NCBI GenBank assembly: GCA_035576505.1
Contig: DATLWH010000298.1
Span: 1-37,641 of the forward strand
Length of the DNA stretch: 37,641 nt
From: Thermoanaerobaculia bacterium
GTDB taxonomy: Bacteria; Acidobacteriota; Thermoanaerobaculia; Gp7-AA8
Direction: 5' to 3'
Under the pieces are notes generated by a model that had not been told where the DNA came from, ran no database searches, and was given only the letters and a program-made list of their open reading frames with translations. This document shows, one piece after another, positions 14,511 through 23,500 of this stretch (the stretch's first letter is position 1; every line of letters begins with the position of its first letter). A program made the position numbers and the translations under genes.

Positions 14511-17500
14511 CAGACGATCAATGCGAAGTTTGCCGCGGAACTGGAGGGTGCGGTTTCGCCCGCTTTGGGCGGCGGCCGGCAACTGGAACTGGTTGCGCCG
14601 ATGGAAATAGTCAAGGTGGCTCCGGTGAAGGCGCGCACGTCCGTGGAGCAAAAGCCCCTCCGCATCCTGGAGAGCAAAGCCCGGACGCATCCCAAGATCG
14701 GGCCGCTCGTCCGGGAGCTTTACGACCGCTATAAGTACGAAGGAACCGCGTCGCGCGGGACGAGAAAGATTGCGCCGAATCTATTCATCGGCGGCTCGAG
14801 GCGCGGCTATTTCAACTACGGGCGAAGCAAGGACATCATCCTGGTGTACGGCTATAGCGGGGCGCAGGACTATCTGCCCACGCTTCGCGAGGAAATGTCC
14901 GGCTATTGTGATGCAAACGGCCTTCAACTCAATTTCTTCAGCGACGGAGAGATTCCGCCGATCGCCGGACGTTCGTTCTCAGCCACGCCGTTCGGCGTAA
15001 TGCAGCGCATCGTGAACCTCAAGGAATTCTCCCTCGAGGGCGGCGCGATGCGCCGCCTGCGATATCAGGTATCCAAGTTCCAGAAAGCCGGCGTGGCCAG
15101 AACGGAAGAGTACCGGAGCGGCACCAGGCCCGACACGGACCAGGACATCGCCCGCGTCATCGATCGATGGTGCGAAGGGAAGACGATGGTCAACCCGCTG
15201 GTGCACGAAGTGAAAGGCGAAATTCTCGCCGGCACGCTGCCCGCGGAGCAGCGGCTGTTCCTCACGTATCTCGACGAGGTCCTCCAGAACGTCATCCTCG
15301 TCGATGAAATGTCGCCCGAAATCAACGGCTACTTGATGGATCTGGAATTCTATCCTCCGGAGATGCCGATGGGAGGGCTGGATCTCGCGATTGTACAAAT
15401 CGTGGCCATTCTCGCCGCGGAAGGCCGCGATGTGCTGAGCCTGGGCGGGACCTACGGTGTCAAGATTGAACCCTCCGCCACCGCGGATCCCGAGCTCGAC
15501 AAGCTCCTGGACAATCTGCGTGAACAGAACATATTCAATGACGAGAGCAATCTTCAGTTCAAGAACAAATTCCGCCCGCTGACCATGCCTATCTTTCTCT
15601 GCCGCCCGATAGGCAGCGGCAATCCCGACAATATCCTCGACATCATCATGATGATTGCCGATCCGGAGAGGATGCAGACGCCGGATGAGGAGACCGACAC
15701 CTTCGGAGATACCGCTCCGCCCGAGGTCGCGACGGTGATTGCAGAACCGGTGGCGCGTCGGTCAATGGCTGTGGCAGCGGCGCTGGCAAGTGCCGATCAG
15801 GTGATCGAAGGGAATGATCGGTCGAGCGTTCTGGCGGAATTCGGTTTCAATCCCCTCAATATTCCGCACGAACATGTCGCGATCGATCTGAAGACCGACT
15901 CGTGGGCGCAACTGGAGATGCCTGCAATCGCGGCGCAAATGAAGCATCTGCATTCACGACTGCAGCAGCCGGCGAGTGTCGACGACAGCTTGAGGGCGGT
16001 CTTTCCGTTCCCGCATTTCGTCCTTACGACCTCCGGGCAGGCGGCCGAGAGCATCTTTTTCAAGACCTGGCCGAAGAAAGGCGTCGTACCGCAGAATCTG
16101 CTGTTTCCCAGCACGATCTTCCATCAGATCGACAAAGGCTTCACGCCGAGGGAGCTGCCTCATCCCGCGGTCTTCCAGTTGAATGCGCGAGAGCCGTACA
16201 AAGGCAACATGGATCTCGATGCGCTACAGGCGCTGGTGGCGCAGGATCCAGCCGCAATTGCCTGTGTCTGCATCGATGTAGGTAACAATGCTTCAGGCGG
16301 CCAACCGGTCTCCTTGCAGCATCTGCGCGACGTCAGAGCGCTGCTCGCCGCACATTCCATCCCACTCGTGATCGACGGCACGCGGGTGATGGAGAATGCG
16401 CAGTTCCTGATCGAACAGGGAAAGGAATGCGGGGGCAAGAGCATTTGGGCGGTCGTGCGGGAGATCTTCTCCTGCGCTGACGCGGTCATCGGAAGCCTGA
16501 CGAAGGATTTCTGCGTCAACAAGGGCGGAATCGTCGCCATCAATGACATCAAGCTGTTCCAGAGACTTCAGGAGGTCGTTCTTGAAGAAGGAGCCGGGCT
16601 CGATCTGATCGATGCGAAACTGATCGCTCTTTCTCTACAGAAGCGAAAGCACATCGAAGCCAAGGTGTTGCGCAGGATGGAGGGTGTGCGCCTCATCTGG
16701 CAGGCCTTGGCCGAGCGTGGCGTTCCGGTCGCGCAACCCGCCGGTGGGCACTGCATTCTGATCGACGTCAAGCAGATTCCAGAATTCAGGGCTCTCGGGA
16801 ATCCGGTCGCGTCATTCCTGGCCTGGTTGTATTTGAACACCGGGATTCGCGCGGGCGCACACAGTGTGGGAATGCAGAAACGTACCCCGATCAATGATCT
16901 TGTCCGTCTGGCCATCCCTGTCGGCTTGAAGCGTGAGCAAATCGACAACGTGATTGACCGGCTTGTCGATGCATTCGGGAAGAAGACGAACATTCCTGAA
17001 ATCGTGATCGAGAGCAGCGTACCACAGCCGCTGGGCAGCGTCTACGCGAAGTTCAGATTAGAGAAATATCATCACGTTTCAGGAGGGATCGCCGCCGGAA
17101 CAGACGCCGCGCCTTCTTCCGTTGCCGGCCCATCGCCAGTTTCACCGGAGCCGGCGGAGGTTTCGTCGCCAGGCGAGGCCGTCGTGGTTGACAGCGTACC
17201 CGCCGAAACTCCATCCGCACCGACTCCCATGAATGCGAGACCGCGCCGCGCGCACAACGTTGCCATTGTCGGAATGGCGGGCCGTTATCCCAAAGCGGGC
17301 AATGTGAGGGAGCTGTGGGAGAATCTGGCCGGCGGCAGAGACTGCATTGAAGAGATTCCCGCCGAGCGCCATGAACGCCGGCTGCAGCATGGAAGCAACG
17401 AGAGGTATCGCGGCGGTTTCATCGACGGCGTCGATAAGTTCGACTCTCTCTTCTTCAACATTTCTCCCAGAGAAGCGGAAATGCTGGATCCGCAAGAGCG

Positions 17501-20500
17501 CCTGTTTCTCGAGGTGGCGTGGGAAGCAATCGAGGACGCCGGCTACTTTCCCGAGATCCTGGCGCGGGAGGATACGTCGCGTACGATCGGTGTATTCGTC
17601 GGGGCCGTATGGGCGATGTACCAGGTCGTCGGCGTCGATGAACAGCGCGCCGGCAATGAGGTCGCTCCGAACTCATTTCTGTGGAGCATCGCCAACCGCG
17701 TCTCCTACTGGATGAATCTGTCCGGCCCCAGCCTGACGGTCGACACGGCATGCTCGTCGAGCCTGACGGCCCTCTATCTGGCGTGCGAGGCTATCCAGGC
17801 CGGCGAATGTTCCGCCGCCATCGTCGGCGGCGTAAACCTCGACCTGCATCCGGCCAAACTGGATATCAATAAGATCGGCGGCGCGCTCTCGCCTGACGGT
17901 GTCTGCCGCACCTTTGGGAAGGGTGCGAACGGGTATGTAGCAGGTGAGGGCATCGGTGCGCTCCTTCTCAAACCTTTGGATCATGCGGAGCTGGACCGCG
18001 ACCACATCTATGGCGTGATCAAGGGCGCCGTGGTCAACCATGGCGGCCGTACGAGTGGATATTTCGTTCCCAATCCGTCGGCGCAAAGCAACGTGATCCA
18101 GTCGGCGCTGCTCAAAGCGAATGTCGCGGCGGGAAGCATCGGGTATATCGAGGCGCACGGTACAGGCACCGAACTGGGTGACCCGATCGAGATCTCGGGT
18201 TTGAATAGCGCGTTCAGCGGGGACAAGGTCGAGAATCAAACCTGCGCCATCGGCTCGATCAAGAGCAACATCGGCCATCTGGAAGCGGCGGCGGGAGTGG
18301 TCGCCGTCTCTAAGGTCCTCTTGCAGATGACCCATCGGCAGCTCGTGCCTTCCCTTCATTCCTCCGAGCCGAACGAGCACATCGATTTCGAGCATTCGCC
18401 TTTCTATGTCGTACAGAAGCTGGAGGAGTGGAAAGCGAAGGAAGTGGATGGGGTGCGGCTTCCCCTACGCGCGGGAATCAGCTCGTTTGGCGCCGGGGGA
18501 GCGAACGCGCACATCATCCTGGAGAGTTATGAGCCCGCCGGACAAGCGACAGAAGAACCGGCCATGCCGTCGGACTTGATCTTCCCTCTCTCAGCCAGGA
18601 ATGAGGATCAGCTGCGCGACGCCGCTGTTCGGCTGGCGCAATTCCTTCGACAGAACCGCGTCGACTTGAGGGACGCAGCCTATACCCTGCAACAGGGGCG
18701 GAAGTCGTTCGAGCAACGTCTGGCAATCATCGCCAAAACCCAGGAAGAATTGATCGAGAAGCTGACACTGGTCATCGACCAGCAGAGGGGCGACGGCATT
18801 GTGGCCGGCCATGTGAAGCTCGCGGAGAGTGTCACGCGGTTACTGAACCGAAGTGAGAGACAGGAGTTCGTTCGGATGCTGTCGGCCGGCCGGGATCCTC
18901 ACAAGATTGCCGCATTGTGGGCTGAAGGACTGCTCACGGACTGGCAGGGGTTTCAATCCAAAGGCACCGAAAAGAGAATCTCGTTGCCCACCTACCCCTT
19001 TGCCGGCAAGCGACACTGGATCGGCGATCCGTCGGCGGTGCGCCGCGCATTGCAGCCGGTGGCGGGCACGCACCCGATGGTCGACACGAACGAGTCCACC
19101 TTTGAGCGGCAGCTCTTCAAGAAGACATTCCACGATCGCGACTTCTTCATTTACGACCATCTTGTGTCGGACATCCCCACGCTACCCGGCGTGGCGTATC
19201 TCGAGCTGGCGCGGGTCGCCGGAGAAATCGCGGCTGGTAGGCCGGTGCGACGTATTCAAAACATTCTTTGGGTGAGTCCGATTGTGGTTGAGAACTCGAT
19301 CCCCAAAGAGGTGTTCATCGAGCTGAAGCCGAGCGGAGACGCCGTACAGTTCGAAGTGTTCAGCGAGTCGGCCGAGGGCGTCAGGCTGCTACACTCACAG
19401 GGAAGACTTCTCTACACGAACAGGCCGGAATCCTCCGCGGATCCGGAGTTCGTCGATTTGGATGCCATTCGCGCACGATGTGCGAAAGGCATCGATGGAA
19501 AGAGCGCCTATCCGCTCTTCAAATCTGTCGGCCTCAGCCTCGGTCCGAGCTTTCAGGTCCTCCAGGAAATCTATCAGAGCGATACGGAAGTCCTCGGAAT
19601 TCTGAAACTCCCCGAGTTCCGTCAACCCGACCTGCAAAGCATGGTTCTCCATCCCTCACTGATCGATGGTTCCCTGCAGGCCGGAATGGCCGCGCGCCTC
19701 GGCGCCAGCATCGGCGAGATGCTGGTGCCCTATTCCATCGGCGAGGTCGAGATCCTCCATCCATTGCAATCCCTCTGTTACAGCTATACGACGGAGGCGG
19801 GCGGTAAGAAGGGCTCGCGCGTTCTGAAATCTAACGTACTGATCCTGGACGAAACCGGGAAAGTCCTGGCAAGAATTCGCGAATCGACCGGCGTGCCTCT
19901 GGGTGATGTCAACAAAAAGTCCGACAGGGATGCGGCGGAGGCGGGCGATGCAAAGGTCTACTATTCGTACGAATGGGGGAAGGCGCCTCTGACTGCTGGT
20001 AGTCCGAGCCGGAATGCACCGCAATCGATTCTGCTGTTCGATACCCAGGAAACACTGCGCGATCTCTATCAGGTCCGGCTGACGGAAGCAGGGGCGACGA
20101 CCGCACAAATCATCCTGGTGCAGCCGGCTGCTTCGTTCCGCGAACTGGACGCTCTCTCTTACGAGATCAATCCACAGAGCAGGGATGACTTTACGCTGCT
20201 CTTCGAATCGCTGGCGGAAAGAAAGTGCCCGATTGACGAGATCTGCTTTGCCTGGCCGGTTGAGCACGTGGATTTCCGTGATGAGCAGCTCCGCGGAGAA
20301 GCATTGGAGAGAGGGGTTTTCTCCTTCCTGTTCCTCTGCCAGTCCGTCATTCAGGCGAAACTCGAAGGAAAGGTGCAGCTCCTTTATCTTTATGCAGCGC
20401 GGCCGGACGAGGCACAGCCGCAGAACGAGGCCATGAGCGCTTTCGTCAAGACGCTGAAGGGGGAGTACCCCAGGTTGCTCTGCAAGGCGCTCGAGATTCG

Positions 20501-23500
20501 GCAGGAGATGGGCGGCTACGGCCAGATCGTCGACGCCGTATGGGCGGAGCTTCGCGCACGCACCGAGGATGCGAGTGTGGTGCGCTATGAGGCGCAGGAG
20601 CGCTTTACAAGGAGGCTCACAGCCTTCGACTTCGAAGAGACCGATGGGCCGCCTTCTTCGGAAGGTTCGCATCTGAGGGAAAAAGGCGTCTATCTCATTA
20701 CGGGAGGAGCCGGCGGGCTCGGCCTCATCTTCGCCGAGTTTCTGGCGAAACAGTACAAGGCACGATTGATCCTCACCGGCCGATCCGCTCTGTCGGCTGA
20801 ACGGGAAGCCGAGCTGGAGGCGCTCCGAGGATACGGCGCGGAAGTGATCTATCTGCTCGCCGATGTCTCCAGCCTCGACGATGTCCGGACTATGGTCAGC
20901 GAAAGCAAGTCGCGTTTCGGAGAGATCAACGGCCTCATCCACGCCGCCGGCGTCGTCAGGGACTCGTACATCAGGAACAAGACGCCGGATGAAATGAGCG
21001 AGGTTTTCGCCCCCAAGGTGCATGGAACGCTGCATCTGGACGAGACAACCCGGAACGAAGCGCTCGATTTCTTCGTGATGTTCTCCTCGCTCGCTGCCGT
21101 CACCGGCAATGTGGGCCAATGTGACTACAGCTTTGCGAACCATTTCATGGATTCGTTTGCGGCCGACCGCGAAAGGCTTCGGGTCCAGGGAGAGCGGTCC
21201 GGAAAGACACTGAGCATCAATTGGTCGTTGTGGGCCGGGGGCGGAATGAAGCCCGACGAACAGACCGAGCTCCTGTTGCGGAAAGCCATGGGCATGAAGC
21301 CGCTGAGCGCGGCCGCGGGCATCGAAGCGTTCGTGCTCGGTCTTGCTTCAGGACGCTCGCAGTTTGCAGTCCTCGAGGGGAATGCCGAGAAGCTGGAACT
21401 GGCTCTGGGAGGGAGAAAGAAGGAGCCTGCGCCTTCGCCGCCACCATCGTCCGATCACGCCGCGGCCGCGGTTGTTGCCGCTGAAGGAGACAGGGATCTT
21501 CGTGAGTTGGTGCAGAACGATCTCTCGAAGATCGTCATGGGGCTCCTGAAGCTTGATGCCGCCGACTTGTCGGCAGACAAGATCCTGCTCGACCTGGGTT
21601 TCGACTCGATCGGCCTGACGACGTTCGCAAACGCGGTGAACGACAAGCTGCAGCTCGACATCACGCCGATCCTGTTCTTCGACTATCCGTCGATCGGTGA
21701 GATCGCGACGCATCTGGCTGACGAGCGGAGGAGCGAGCTTCATCACTTCTATCGAGGTTCTGCGGCCCCCTCGGCCGGTACACCGTTGCCAGCAGCACTA
21801 CAAGCGAAGATCGTCGCCGCTGAGAGCCTATCGGCGACCTTCACGCCCAAGAAGGGGTGGGATCCGGCTGCCTTCGATCGCGAAGCATCGGACAGGAAAG
21901 CAATACCAACGGCTTCCGGCGAAGACGTTTCCGCGGAGCTCCGTTTTGTAAACAAGCCGATGGCAATCGTCGGGATGAGCGGCGTCATGCCGCAATCCGC
22001 GGACCTGGAAGAATTCTGGGATAACCTGAAGAACTCGAAAGATCTGGTCACAGTCATCCCGCCCGATCGCTGGCGCTGGGAGGACTACTTTGGCGATCCC
22101 CTCAAGGAGGCGAACAAGTCGAACTCCAAGTGGGGCGCGTTCATGAAGGAGATCGACAAGTTCGATCCTCTGTTCTTCGGAATCTCCCCAAGAGAAGCGC
22201 AGATGATGGATCCGCAGCAGCGGATCTTCCTCGAGCAAGTGTGGAAGGCGGTGGAGGACTCCGGGCAGAAAGTCTCCCAGCTTGCCGGCACAAAAACCGG
22301 AATATTCGTCGGCGTTGCAACCAATGATTATCTCGAAGTCATCACCGGCGGGGGAGCCGTGCTGGACGGATATAGCGCTTCGGGCAACTCGCACGCCATT
22401 CTCGCGAACCGGGTGTCATTTCTCCTAGGTCTGCGTGGACCAAGCGCACCCCTGGACACCGCTTGTTCCAGCTCATTGGTGGCGATGCACAGAGCCATTG
22501 AATCGATCCATTCGGGAAGCTGTGAGATGGCGATCGTGGGTGGCGTACAGGTAATGCTGAGCCCTGCCGCATACATTTCTTTCTCCTCGGCAGGAATGTT
22601 GAGTCCCGATGGAAAATGCAAGACGTTTGACAAGCGGGCGAACGGCTATGTGAGAGGCGAGGGATGCGGCGCAGTCTTCATCAAGTCGCTCGCGGCCGCC
22701 GAGGCGGATGGAAACCACATATACGCGGTCATCAAGGCGACGGCGGAAAATCACGGCGGGCGGGTGACGGCGATGACTGCACCGAACGCATCCGCTCAAG
22801 CGGAGCTCTTGATCGAGGCTTACGAGAAAGGACATCTCGATCCCGGGACCGTTGGGTATATCGAGTGCCACGGCACGGGAACCAGCCTGGGAGATCCGAT
22901 CGAAACGCAGGCGCTTAGCAAGGCGTTTGCCGAGCTGTACAAGCGGCACGGCAAGGCTCCGGCGGACACGCCTCACTGCGGCTTGAGCTCTGTAAAGACC
23001 AACATGGGACACCTCGAGACCGCAGCCGGGATTGCAGGTATCCTCAAGGCATTGCTCGCCATCAAGCACCAGCAGATTCCGGCGAACATCCATCTGGAAG
23101 AGGTCAATCCCTATATAAACCTCAAGAGGACTCCGTTCTACATCGCGGACAAACTCACTTCATGGAAAGCGCCGGTGAGCGTGGATGGGTCTCCTGCCCC
23201 TCGCACGGCCGGCGTGAGCTCGTTCGGCTTCGGCGGAGCCAATGCTCATGTCGTACTGCAGGAGTACCTCGCTCCACTCCGTCAATCGCTGTCTGCAGCG
23301 TGCGAGCCTCGGTTGATCGTGCTGTCCGCGAAAACTGAAGATCGGCTCCTGGCATACATGCAGTCAATACATTCGTACCTGGAGAGGCTGGATGTCGAGT
23401 TGATCGATCTCGCGTATACGCTGCAGATTGGAAGAGATGAGATGCCGGCAAGACTGGCACTGGTCGTCTCCAGTACAGAGGAGTTGAAACAGAAGCTCGG

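Noticed and set aside
19656-21143. A 495-aa ORF on the minus strand. Many similar long antisense ORFs occur, for example 1327-2295, 2796-3695, 4012-4812, 12133-12960, 23364-24233 and 36086-36997.
   Set aside because: All lie antisense to strongly supported + strand genes. They are R/G/P/H-rich with no recognisable motifs. Such shadow ORFs are typical of GC-rich DNA.
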